A DNA stretch of 64,000 bases from Porphyridium purpureum (GCA_008690995.1 VRMN01000004.1:496001-560000), one strand, 5' to 3'. Shown: positions 30,938 to 41,600, counted from the first letter of the stretch. Made by a program: numbers and translations. Notes: a model not told the origin generated them from the letters alone.

Positions 30938-32286
30938 AAGTGCGTCTCAAACAAATAGGACACTGCAAAATTTGTCCATTTTCATAGTAAATTATGAAAG
31001 TTTACTATGAAGACGTGTCTTCGAGGGGGAAACAGGATGCTCAAACAAATAGGACATTTGACAAAGAGAGACTATATGGAGCTCTAGAGATTAGAAGTTC
31101 TGAGCGTTCGCGCCCTCTATGTTCACGCAGCGGTGTAGACGTGCATTCCACCCCCGTCAGAAGGCTCCGAACCTCTGCGTTCGTGATCGACGCCCAGACT
31201 TCTATGATTTCAGCCTCCAGCTCCGAGAGAGACTCATACTGCCTGTTTCCTGCGTAAATTCGGCGCGACATAATGCTCCACATGTTCTCCACCGGATTCA
31301 GGTCTGGCGAGTACGCTGGCCAATCCATTACATGCCATCCTTCGCGCGCGAAGAAGGACTTTGTATTCCGCGCCGCATGAGCAGGGGCATTGTCCTGCAT
31401 GAATGTCCATCCTTCTGGATGGGTTTCACTGAAGATGGTCGCCACTCGAGAGGACTCCAGCATGGCCACATAGTTTTCTGAAGTGATCCTTGCTGGGGTC
31501 TTCAGGAGCGCCATCTTCCCAGCGGAAGAAATTGCCATCCAAAACATCACACTTCCGCCGCCCGTATGACGGCGGACTCGATCCGGGAGCTCTCCTGTCC
31601 GGACCCACTGACCAGAATACCCATCAGGGCCATCTAAATTGAACTTCTTTTCGTCCGTAAAGATGACTTTTCTATGCTCTTCAATTTTATTCAGATTTTG
31701 CATGGCAAATGCCACGCGACGCAGCCGATTCTCACGGGAAAGAGGCTGCCTGACGATGGCACGCCGAAAGGAGATATCATCGGCAATATTGCGCCTCACT
31801 GTCTCACGGCTTACCGGCTTCCTTTGGGACCTGCCAGTATTGACCTGAATTGTGAGAGCCTTTAGAGGGCTCCTAGGAGCCGCTCTAAGTTTATTAAAAA
31901 CACGCGTTTGAGCGGGTCCTGTGAATTTACGGGCATTCTGATTGCCGACGTAGCCTGGGGTCGCGTCGGGCTGGTCCAGAAAGCGTTTTACGGCATTTCT
32001 GGACCGATCCGCGCGTGTGGCTATATCGGACAATTTCAGCCCCTCCGCGCGCCATCCCCAGATGGCACGCTTCTCTGCCTCGGTCAACGCACCCGCGCGC
32101 CCCATTTCCCGCCCGAAATCGCCCTCTTCTTGTCGACTGGCCGCCGCCGGGCGCGCCAAAACGCTTGTGTCCTATTTGTTTGAGCATCCTGTTTCCCCCT
32201 CCGAAACACGTCTTCATAGTAAAATTTCATAATTTACTATGAAAATAGACAAATTTTGCAGTGTCCTATTTGTTTGAGACGCACTT
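30938..32286 (-). mobile_element. Tc1/mariner DNA transposon (Tc3-like, DD34E), 1349 bp, 119-bp IR/DR terminal inverted repeats, TA target-site duplication
   Basis: TIRs 30938-31056 and 32168-32286 (AAGTGCGTCTCAAACAAATAGGACA...), TA at 30936-37 and 32287-88; CTCAAACAAATAGGACA at both ends of each TIR. Confidence 0.96.
31091..32105 (-). CDS. Tc1-family transposase with a single +1 frameshift near the C-terminus
   Basis: MGRAGALTEAEK HTH; IFTDEKKFNLDGPDG, GGGSVMFW, QDNAPAH, WPAYSPDLNPVENMW (34 residues between D and E); removing one C from 31151-31155 restores WNARLHRCVNIEGANAQNF*. Confidence 0.92.
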
Positions 32287-32527
32287 TATTAGGCACTGTA
32301 CTCGGGGCTTTTCCTTTTGTAGCCGTGTTACCGGCTGTCTTGGATCGCGGCGGAAAGGTTTGGCTGTGCTCAGGCGCGAACACGCAGGCATGGCCTCGTA
32401 CAATGAAGTGCGACCAAAACGGATCGAGGACACTGCGTCGAAGCGATATACCCCGTAATTCGGCAGTTCAGTGCAAGCGCAGAAGGGCGGGTCCTGCGCA
32501 GCTCGTAAGGAGTTCCATTTTGAAGCC

Positions 32528-33306
32528 ATGAGACGCAATACTGGCCTTTTGGGCGAGGAGAAAGAACGCATTCAGAGTATTCGGGAGTCAGACAACGGCG
32601 TCGAACCCATTGCTACCAAAGTTGAGCGCTCTAAGAACGTGATTTCCCGCTAATTGTCTGCTCCAAACATCTTCTGGCAGAATCATGCCAATGTCAACGC
32701 TCTAAAGCAGACAAAAGCGGTCAAAGCGAAGATCTACAACATCGCCAAGCTTCCGTCCATTCACCGGTCTCGTCAGATTCGAGCAGCTCTGCGAATTCGT
32801 GGAGCTAAAGCAGTCCAAAGTTTGACGACAATCAGGAAGGCAATGAGTGTCACGCATGCATACCGCAAAGTCCAGCTTGTCCGCCACTGACACTCAACCG
32901 CAAGCTCAAGAGGCTGGCCTGGGCCAGACAGTTTCAGTTGGAACAGACAAATTCGGCCCCCATTGTGTTTTCTGACGAGAAGAAGTTCAACCTTGACAAG
33001 CCAGATGATTTCCACAAGACGTGGCTTGAGCGTGCGGCGGACGCTCCGGACGTTTAGTTGCGACATTTCGGCGGCGGTGGATGCATGCTCTGGGGCGCAA
33101 TTTCTATGAGAGGAAAGATTCACCTTCATTTTATTGAGGGGACATTTACGGCTGCAAAATATGTCTCCATGCTTCGAGATGACAATGTGCTGGACCGCTG
33201 CTATCAGCTGGTGAGCCCGAACATGATTTTTCAGCAGGATAACGCGCCATTGCGCACAAGTCGCCCGGTTAAGAATTTCAGGATTGATCAGAGTATCGAG
33301 CTTCTA
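32528..33306 (+). pseudogene. decayed Tc1/Tc3-like transposase (second family), truncated
   Basis: MRRNTGLLGEEKERI..IA..VERSKNVISR*, VFSDEKKFNLDKPD, RHFGGGGCMLWGAIS, FQQDNAP; stops and frameshifts; ends before the WP..SPDL motif. Confidence 0.88.
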
Positions 33307-33611
33307 TGTTATTCGTTCGACCCCAGTCACCTAGAACGGTTCGGTAAACCCGAAACCGTTAAACCGGTAGACCGTTTAACCGTCTCTAGAAGCTTCTAGA
33401 CGTTCCAGAACCTTCTAGACGCGCGCAGAAATGCCAATGATTTGCATTGTCATTTCTCTTGGCGCCTTGCTGTCCCTGGCGGAAGTAAGGGTATAAAAAG
33501 GCGACGCGCCTGCCCGGACTAGCCGGTCAGGTCTTGCTCGGAGAGAGAAGAGGTAAGAAGGAAGAGTGAAGAGACCGACAGTAAAAGCACTCAGATACAC
33601 AGCTGATAACA
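33307..33611 (+). mobile_element. solo-LTR-like element (305 bp)
   Basis: TGTTAT...ATAACA inverted termini, TATAAAA at 33492, AGTAAA near 33580; no target-site duplication. Confidence 0.6.
33388..33416. promoter_or_regulatory. heat-shock element array
   Basis: aGAAg cTTCt (33388-33397) and a perfect three-unit gTTCc aGAAc cTTCt (33402-33416), ~75 bp upstream of a TATA box. Confidence 0.6.
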
Positions 33612-33649
33612 CTGGGTGAAATTGTGACGGGCGACTGTATATGATGGGT

Positions 33650-35340
33650 TTGCATCCGTTGCAAAGATGCGGGTCAGCGGGGGTAATCTGTGGTATTTCC
33701 GCGGGCTCCAGCCATGACGCGTCGGAACGTTGAGTCGTAGCGGCCACTCGAGGCGCCAGCAGTTCCCGGCGCTGCGGACAACCGTAGTGTAAATAGGCGT
33801 GGAATGGATGTTGCCGAGCAATGGTTTGTTGGCTTCTGGTCACGGCTACGATTGAGATTCTTGTCTTCAGTCCAAAAGAGGGAAATGTTTGCGTTCCTGA
33901 TTTTGTTGTTTACTTACACTGCCCTCTTGGTTACCAGTATAATCTTACCTGAGGTGCAAGTTTGACAAGAGCAAAGGCTTATGGTATTGTGGGTGTCACC
34001 TACAGCAGGCATGACGTTCTAGATCTATTCGGGAAGGAGTGGCTGTTGTTTGTTCGCAGATAGGCTGGGTGATAAAGAATTTGTTTCGCAAAGAATGCCG
34101 GTAAGCTTGCACAGAGCAGGAGCAGCCGTGGAACATCAGGCTCTTAATACGAAACATTTATTTACTTCCGAACATGTTAGAATTCCGTCACATCTCAGGT
34201 TTACAAGGGTGCATGACTGCGTCACACGATTCTGGAGCTCGAAGGTGCCATCACACTGGCTTGGGAGACTTTGGACCAGCTTGTACTGATAAATTTGTGT
34301 GGCGAATGGCGTCGGGTTCCTTTTAATGTAGACTTTCAGTTATGGCGGCTCAAGCAGCGGCGCTTCTTGTACTTATAGATTCAGACTACGGCGCAGTTGT
34401 ATGTTTGGAAAGTCTTCGGGCATGGTACGTTGGGAACAGCTGGAAAGGAAGTCAGCGTGGAGTACTGCGGGACTGCTGTCGTTCTGTCCATCCAAATTCG
34501 ACTTGGAAATAGCCTCATCCTCTCTCAAACCCAACATAGGCACACTTTCTCAACCTCTCTAATTCTAAACACTTTTGCTGGATATCTAGAACTACTGGCA
34601 AGTTGATGCTTCTTTACCAGCCCAGTGCGATAAAGGATAAACTAACATGTGTGGTGCCCGAAATCTTGTGCAAGCATGTACAAAGTCCTTCTTTTAAGGT
34701 CGTGGTCGCGTCTTCTTTACATCTTGCCCACTCCACCGCAAGCGACCTCAACGCATATTTTAGGTCTAGGATTCAATAGTAAGTTTATTCACGGTTTGTG
34801 AGCGTACACGCCGAATGGTATATCAGATTGAACAAGAACTTTAGACTCGTGCGCGATTGGAAACCGCCACTAATTCTGATTCTCTGTGGCTGAAAGATGG
34901 CCAACAATATGCGATGTTCCAATTCATTTCAATCCCTTGCCAAGACAACCGCTCACTTAACCTTTCTCCATTTTCTCCATTTTCATAATAAAATGGATCA
35001 TTCTGTCACGATAGTGCGAAAGGAAGGACTAACACTTATCTGCTTGAGGTTTCAGCTTTAGTTGAAGCTACCCGCAGGCATGGTTCTATACAAGCACTGA
35101 TCTGCCGTCGTTCACATTGTCTGTGGCCGTTCCCCGCGTGCGAAAATATAGCAATGTTGATGGTCTTCTGGCGAGCAGCAGGCCCAATCCGAACTGAAAA
35201 GGTTTCCCTGCGAAAGCGAGAAATGGCGAGCAAGAAACAAGATTATTCCGCTTTTAATACCGCTCCGATGGACCAGTCTGGCACGGTTTGGCCACACAAT
35301 CTGACGGAGAGGCGAATGCAGACCACAAATTGGTCGCCTT
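33650..35340 (-). mobile_element. heavily deleted Ty3/Gypsy pol remnant (RT-RNase H-integrase-possible chromodomain)
   Basis: SAFASP..VAKP and IFS...GHRQ (RT, ~35100-35330); LAVEWA and RDHDL (RNase H, ~34700-34750); LCKLTGI..YHP (integrase, ~34060-34115); RSDASWLEP (chromo-like, ~33705-33730). Confidence 0.55.
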
Positions 35341-35486
35341 CAAGTCATGCATGGTGGCCGTGATTAAGTTCAGTGCTGTCGTTCTGATCATTCATCCCGT
35401 AGTTGGATCAGACCACCAAATGTTCGGCGTACTTTGTCTTGCCGTATCGCACGACATCGCGCAGCTCTTTACGAGCCTTCCCCCTG

Positions 35487-37571
35487 TCACCTTCTTGGGG
35501 CCACGGTTGCGCGCGGAGACCGACCAGAGGCCTTCATGCGATTCAAAAGCCTCGCCATGCCAGGCGACTTTGCTATTGGGCGCGGCGAGGACCGTTCCGT
35601 CGCCAATCTTGTGCCATTCGCACGTGGACTTGCAGCTGGGCCTTCCGTTGCACCTTCATTATCCTGAGTACTCGTAGATCGGGATGCACTCCGACTTTCA
35701 TCTTCGTCTTCGTCAGTGTTGGAATTCAATTCCAATGAGTCACCCTCATTTTCTTGCTCAGAGCTGGAATCGCTTCGATCCGCATCCACATTGCCGTCAT
35801 CCATATCGGAATCCGAACCGTCAGAAGAGTCCGTGGCCCCACCCCTGCGCTCGCGCTGCTTCGTCTTTGCACCTGAACGCGCGTCTGAGTCTGAAGCGAG
35901 CGGGGTGACCTTGATCTTCTGCAATTTGCACACGAAAAAGCCGTCCATATTGTGCACGTGCGGGTAGTAGCGCATGGAGTGCTGGAGGCTTGGGTGAAAG
36001 CGGAACTGCCGAAAACGAGTGAAACCTGGTATGCCGAACGGCAATCCAGTGGTGACCACGCGCACGTCCCTGCGCTTTTGTAGAATATGGTCCACAACGG
36101 CTTCGTTCTCCTCGACCAACACGCTGCATGTAGAGTAGACCACCACACCGCCCGCCTTGGCGCCTGCGTCGACGGCGTCTATTGCTGCATTCAGCAATTC
36201 CTTTTGCAGCTTCGCAGTTGCAGCCACGTCTTCGTCGGTGCGAGAGAGCTTGACGCTCGGGTCGTGGCAAATCACGCCAGTGCCTGAGCACGGTGCGTCC
36301 AGGAGCACGCGGTCAAAATGGCTCATCAGTTTTGGGATTTCGCGACCATCGTAATGAATCACCACCTCATTACTCACCCCCATGCGGTGCAAATTGCCGA
36401 CTACGGCTTTGAGTCGCTCTCGCTTGAAGTCATTGGCCACAAGCACGCCAGTGTTTTTCATCATGGCCGCCAAGTAGGTCGTCTTTCCACCTGGAGCGCA
36501 AGCCATGTCAAGAATTTTCTCGTGCTCCTGAGCACCCAGTGCTATACATGGTAGGAACGAAGATGCCGACTGGATCATGTAATGACCAGCAAGATACTCA
36601 GGCGTTGCACCCACAGGTACTTGAGACTCGAACACCACGAGCCCAACTTTGGTCCACTCGCCCACGGGCTGTACGTTCATACCTCGCGCAATGAGTGCCT
36701 GCGCCAGCTCGCGCCGGCGGCATTTGAGCGTATTGGTACGAATGGTGAGAGGCCGTGGGGCCTCATTGGCGTCCAACAGCTCAAGCACTTCACCCGCGGG
36801 GAACAACTCCATCAATTTGTCCATGAGAGAAGGCAAGTAGCCGTAGCATTCACAAAGGTCATCCCTCAGCTGTGAGACATACTCTTGCCGTGATGTTTCT
36901 GCCGCACGCAGCCGCCTGAAATCAGAGAGCACTGCCAGTACCGATTTGATCCGCGACAACAGCTCTTGCCGGGACTCGGGGACAGTGATGGCTCCGTCTG
37001 CATCAGCTGCAAATACTCCGTGCTCACCTGACCTTTCGACAGTTCCTGGAGCATGAGGAACGCCACCACGCGGTACCGCATTGGAAGGCAAGCGAAATTG
37101 CTTCTGTGCCAACCGGGTGGTCATCTCGAGCTCGGCGTGCGCAGCTGTGGCAGTATCCGCTACGTGCCGCTCGATTCGTGCAGCACGCACTTCGATATCA
37201 TCATTGCTCTCCGCGTCGCTCGCGTCATCCGACCCTTCCGAACTTGTGCTCGAAGACGAGCGCGACGCCTGAGACGGACTTCCGCCACTAGAAGCCGACA
37301 CCTCGCCGTCGCCGCTGCCGTCGTCACGATCCTCATCCTTGTCCTCATCCGAATCAGTGCCAGCACGGGCGCGTTTCTTGAGACGCAGCCAGTCTCGATT
37401 GTCGTCCCGGATCCCTGCTTTTGAGCTTGGCTGGTCGCCCACTTTCGCCGCCGAGTTTTTCGCCTTCTCGCGGTGCAGTGCCTTTCTCTCGAGAATCCGG
37501 GCGGACTCGCCGATCCCCGTGCCCTTCTGCTTCTCGCGCTTGGCGCGCTTGGCCCGATTCGTGCCCCCCAT
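35487..37571 (-). CDS. NOP2: 25S rRNA cytosine-C5 methyltransferase Nop2/NOL1
   Basis: GATPEYLAGHY, ILDMACAPGGKT, FDRVLLDAPCSGTG, VYSTCS, YPHVHNMDGFF; ATG at 37571. Confidence 0.96.
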   Translation of the reverse strand: MGGTNRAKRAKREKQKGTGIGESARILERKALHREKAKNSAAKVGDQPSSKAGIRDDNRDWLRLKKRARAGTDSDEDKDEDRDDGSGDGEVSASSGGSPSQASRSSSSTSSEGSDDASDAESNDDIEVRAARIERHVADTATAAHAELEMTTRLAQKQFRLPSNAVPRGGVPHAPGTVERSGEHGVFAADADGAITVPESRQELLSRIKSVLAVLSDFRRLRAAETSRQEYVSQLRDDLCECYGYLPSLMDKLMELFPAGEVLELLDANEAPRPLTIRTNTLKCRRRELAQALIARGMNVQPVGEWTKVGLVVFESQVPVGATPEYLAGHYMIQSASSFLPCIALGAQEHEKILDMACAPGGKTTYLAAMMKNTGVLVANDFKRERLKAVVGNLHRMGVSNEVVIHYDGREIPKLMSHFDRVLLDAPCSGTGVICHDPSVKLSRTDEDVAATAKLQKELLNAAIDAVDAGAKAGGVVVYSTCSVLVEENEAVVDHILQKRRDVRVVTTGLPFGIPGFTRFRQFRFHPSLQHSMRYYPHVHNMDGFFVCKLQKIKVTPLASDSDARSGAKTKQRERRGGATDSSDGSDSDMDDGNVDADRSDSSSEQENEGDSLELNSNTDEDEDESRSASRSTSTQDNEGATEGPAASPRANGTRLATERSSPRPIAKSPGMARLLNRMKASGRSPRATVAPRR

Positions 37572-37743
37572 TATGTCCGTTGGCTCTGTGAAACTCACCT
37601 TCCGTATCCACGTACCAACCTCGACGACCACCTGGCGTGCGCTGCTACGCGCCCGTCACGCACGACCGTCGCGGTCGGCCGCATAGACCGTTTAGCCATG
37701 AAGCCAAAACGGTTTATCATCGCGGCTTAGCGGCTTCAAGCCG

Positions 37744-40435
37744 CTAGGGTAGCGCGCTGGCCGTGAGCTCGTGGTCTTGGTCGCTGTGTGTGCGATGAGC
37801 GCTGAAGAAGACGTCCAGAGCCTGGCACGCCGAGCGAACAGACACGCTTCGAGAGCACCCAGCGCCGCCATGTCCTCCGGCTATCCACGTGCTGAGGCTC
37901 GCTGTCTTGCTGGCGACGCGCGAGTCCAGAAAAAGCACGGCGCCGTAGTCTTCGCGATGGCGGATGCAACGCCCCACGGCCTGGTTCAGCGCGCGAAACG
38001 CCTGTGCCTCGTACCATTCGGCTCCACTCTGCAATTGGGTGACTGAGCATGCGTTAGACTCAAATGCGTTATCATGTTCACTGGCCCGTTGGCGCACTCG
38101 GTCATTGAACTCGCGCTTGAATTGCACTTGCATGTCGCGGAACGGTGCATACGGTATGCCCAGCGCAATCACCGCACGCGCTTGGTTGTCTCGAAAGTCA
38201 ATCCCTTCGCTCGATCGTCCACGGTACACTGCAAACAGCATGGCAGACGGTGGGGGTGGAACTCGGTGGCTCGCCACGCGTTTGCCAACGTCAGCTTCAC
38301 CTTCTCGCCCAGTTAATCGGCGGTACTCGAGCACTGCGTCACGTTTGCCATGGCTTGTCCGCGCACTTGAGTTATCCCCAACGTCTTCTTCTTCATTTTC
38401 TTCGTCAAACCGGGTCCTCTCCAGCGTGGCACTGCTACACTCTATAAATACGGCACCGCCTTTGGCACGCTCCATCTCGTCGAGAACGGCTGTGTCACGC
38501 CACCGCTCCACAAGTCGCGACATGAGATGGAAACTGGGGAAGAAAACCAGTGCGCCACCTGGAATGTAGCGCACAAGCTGAAGCAACGCGTGCCCGTAGC
38601 GGTCCTGCATCAGCAGATCCTGAGCTGCCTGATAGTTTAGTACCAGCGACTGCCCTTGCGAATGTCCCAGTGCTGCCGTGGCCGTCGTACCTACGACGGC
38701 GCTATACAGCTGCGTGCGCGTATCAATCACATGACGTAACTGCGCAGTGATGGGGAATGCGACACCAAGCTCTGACTTCAGCGATACCAATGGTGAGAGA
38801 GTCCCGGACGCCAGTATAGCACAACGCACACGATCAGCGACTTGTTTGAACACCAGCTTGGCATCAAAGCACCACAACTTGAGCTCCACATGGTGCTCGG
38901 CGCCCTCGTGACGACTCTCCAACACCATATCGTACGCATCCAGCGCGTCGTCGCTGCTCGTGCACAGACTCGCCGCAAAGATCATCTTCTCTACGGGGCG
39001 AAGCGAATGTACCGCCTTGCTCAGCGTTAAAAGTAGCTCTTCGTCCATGCTTGCCTGCGCATCGATATCGCACCCGCGCTTGTTGTTCACTCTTTTGTAA
39101 ACCGCCTGCTTCGTCGTATGCTTTTGCTTGACACCTTCTTCCAGCCATTTCTGAAGCGAACTCATGTCGGCCTTGACTTGCTTCGACACGGTTTCTGAAA
39201 GGCCCAGTTCATCCAGTGCGCGACGTAGTTCTTGACCACGGAGCCGGCGGATGTGTGTGTTTCCTGTGAGGCTCACTTTCCCAGCCATTGCATTTCGCTG
39301 CAGCCATGCACACATGCTCTTCAAAAATGAAACCATTCTGGAGATGCTTGTGACAATTTGTGCAGCCACCGAACGCTGCAGTGGAGATTCGATTTCTGAA
39401 TCTTCTTGCACTTGTCTAGATGCCGTTGCAGCTGCCACAGTCGCTTCCGCCATGGCAGCAGAGGCACGCACCTCGTCGTCTAAGATTCTAGAAGCGTCAA
39501 GAAACGCAGAGTTAAGACGCTGGACGATGCGCATAAGCTCGACCACGCTCTTGCAAAACGATGCGCTGTCACGACAGACCTCATCGACATTGTGCGCTTC
39601 GTCTACGATGAGCACGGCATGCGCAAGGTCGATGCGTGCCGCGGCGCACGTAAGCGGATCCAAAACATAGTTGTAAGGTAGCACGACGAGCTCGGCTGCA
39701 CCAGAGGCGACGCGCTCGAACGCCGCAAAGTACGCGCAGCTGCGGTGTTCACGGGCGACGCTTGCCATATCTTCTAGATCCCATTTCGCAAAACGACCTA
39801 GCGGTGGCTCGAACAGAGGGTCCAAGGCGAGCCGCTTGACACGCTTCGGTGCTGAAAAGTAGCAGTGCGACTTTTTCGATGGCGGTGCCAACACGGCATC
39901 GACACACGACTCGTCCACATTTCGCTGCCTCCGCACACGCTCATTAATGCACGCGCGACTGCGTGATGCCAGCACGGCCAGACGGGGCGAGTATGTGCTC
40001 AATTTCCTGAGCTCATGCACCACCTGCGTCACCTGGCTGTGCGTGCGTGTCGCGTAAATAATGAGCGGAACACGCGATGTCGTTTTTGATGCAAACTCTC
40101 CACCCGAGCCCTTATCTGCACCGTGAGTGCTTGAGTCGCCATCGGACTGCTCGCTTGTATGCTGTGCGCGAGATTCTAGTGCCTTACGAATGAATGGCCT
40201 CGTGTCTTGGAAATCGTCGTCACCTGACAGCTCGGCGCCGAGCATTGACAATGGCTTTGGTGATTGCGGCGGTAATATCGGTGGTACTGGAACGACAGGC
40301 TGCTGGTCTGAAGTGGTGCCTGTTTGAAGTCCTTTGGTACATGCGTCGGTACCTGTTCCGGCACATCTCGGGAGACCAGACCCAGCATTCTCGTCCCTCG
40401 GATCGTGCTCAATCCCAGGTTCGTCCTCGTCCTCA

Positions 40436-40474
<39 letters not shown>

Positions 40475-40752
40475 ACAAAATGCTCACGCCAGGCCAGTAC
40501 ACCGCCAAGAAGCGCGAGCGTCTTACCAGTTCCGGTCGGAGCCTCGAGCAGTGCGTGCTGCGCGCCGCTGAGCGCGGCGAGCAGGTTATTGAGCAGCGCG
40601 AGCTGAGGCGGGTATGGCGCATACGGTAGCTTGACGCACACACCGCGCACCATGCGCATATGCTGCTCCTGTGGCGGCGCCGGCGGCAGCTCACAGTCAC
40701 TCGCCTCATCATGCTCCGCTTCATCCGCCGATGCAGCTTCATGCGACGCCAT
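37744..40752 (-). CDS. Fe-S DEAH-box DNA helicase, FANCJ/RTEL1-like (Rad3/XPD family)
   Basis: ALLEAPTGTGKT, IIYATRTHSQ, DEAHN, SGTLSP, SEGIDF, RALNQAVGRCIRH.EDYGA; poly-Q tract at ~40440-40472. Confidence 0.93.
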
Positions 40753-40884
40753 CTAAGGTCGCCATGCGTTATGCATCACTACCACTGCCGCCATCCGTGC
40801 GTTCAAACAATCCGTGAGCTTTTTTCTACAAATAAGGGATATTATATTATAATTTCTCACTTCAGGAGACAGTTCTCTAATACA

Positions 40885-41016
40885 GGGAGCTTGGTCTAGT
40901 GGTATGATTCGCCGTTCGGGTGAGGGAGTTCCCTGTGGGAAAACCTAATCTGTGTTTCGGCGAGGTCCCGAGTTCGAAGACGAGTCACGTCGTCTGAACC
41001 TTTCTCGGAGTTCCCC
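40885..41016 (+). tRNA. tRNA-Pro(CGG) with two introns: canonical 37/38 (40921-40956) and non-canonical T-loop 58/59 (40978-41001, +/-1 nt)
   Basis: Acceptor GGGAGCT/AGTTCCC, D arm TGGTCTAGTGGTATGAT, anticodon stem CGCCG/CGGCG with TT-CGG-G, variable loop AGGTC, T stem CCGAG/CTCGG; AT-rich upstream region, T5 run at ~41054. Confidence 0.9.
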
Positions 41017-41199
41017 CTTGCGTTGAGAAGAGAACCTTTCTGAGGAAAGAAACTTTTTGGTCCTGGGTACAGCGATAATTTCTCAGCGTGTCTCTGCCCC
41101 GTGTGACTGGGCAAGCTGTATAATACCGCTGAGAGTGCATTGCGGCAATTTTCTGACAAGCGCCCTGCCCTTGGTTTCATAAGCTGCAAAATTTGCGCG

Positions 41200-41600
41200 T
41201 CGACCACATTTATGCCGCGCTAAACACGCAATGGCCAACCCAGTCCTCTTGTCAAAATAGCACATCGCTTCAGAATTGTTCAACGCCGTCGTATGTTTCT
41301 TTTCCTCGTCACTTTACGCTCGCTCTTCAAGTAAGGGCTACATTGACATCAGCACCTTGATGCGTAGCACCTTGTCGCCCAAAACGAATTCATTTCATGA
41401 CGTCATGCGTCCAGGTATACTTTCAGGTATCCAGCGTTTCCCGACAAAACGTGACCCTGCCTCCGTGCATCCACCGCATGGCATCCATGCGCAGTCTCAT
41501 GATAAAAGGTCGGCATTTCGCCTGCCTCCTGAATCACCGAAGATGAGGGTCTCGCGTAGTTTGTAGCTCATCTGGGTCCTCCACATGCGAGGCCAGTCTG
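41200..41600 (-). mobile_element. degenerate PIF/Harbinger transposase remnant
   Basis: Ordered decayed motifs AVD, PG..HD, FVLGDK, PY, DEEK, ILKRCAIL, IACLARH (cf. PGS.HD, LGD.GY, LK.R..IL, AC..LHN). Confidence 0.5.

Noticed and set aside
33307..33650. LTR-like unit as the 3' LTR of the adjacent minus-strand Gypsy relic
   Set aside because: TATA is on the plus strand and no polypurine tract adjoins it on the minus strand; no clear PBS either
40885..41016. Circularly permuted tRNA
   Set aside because: 5' and 3' halves are in normal order; two introns explain the structure
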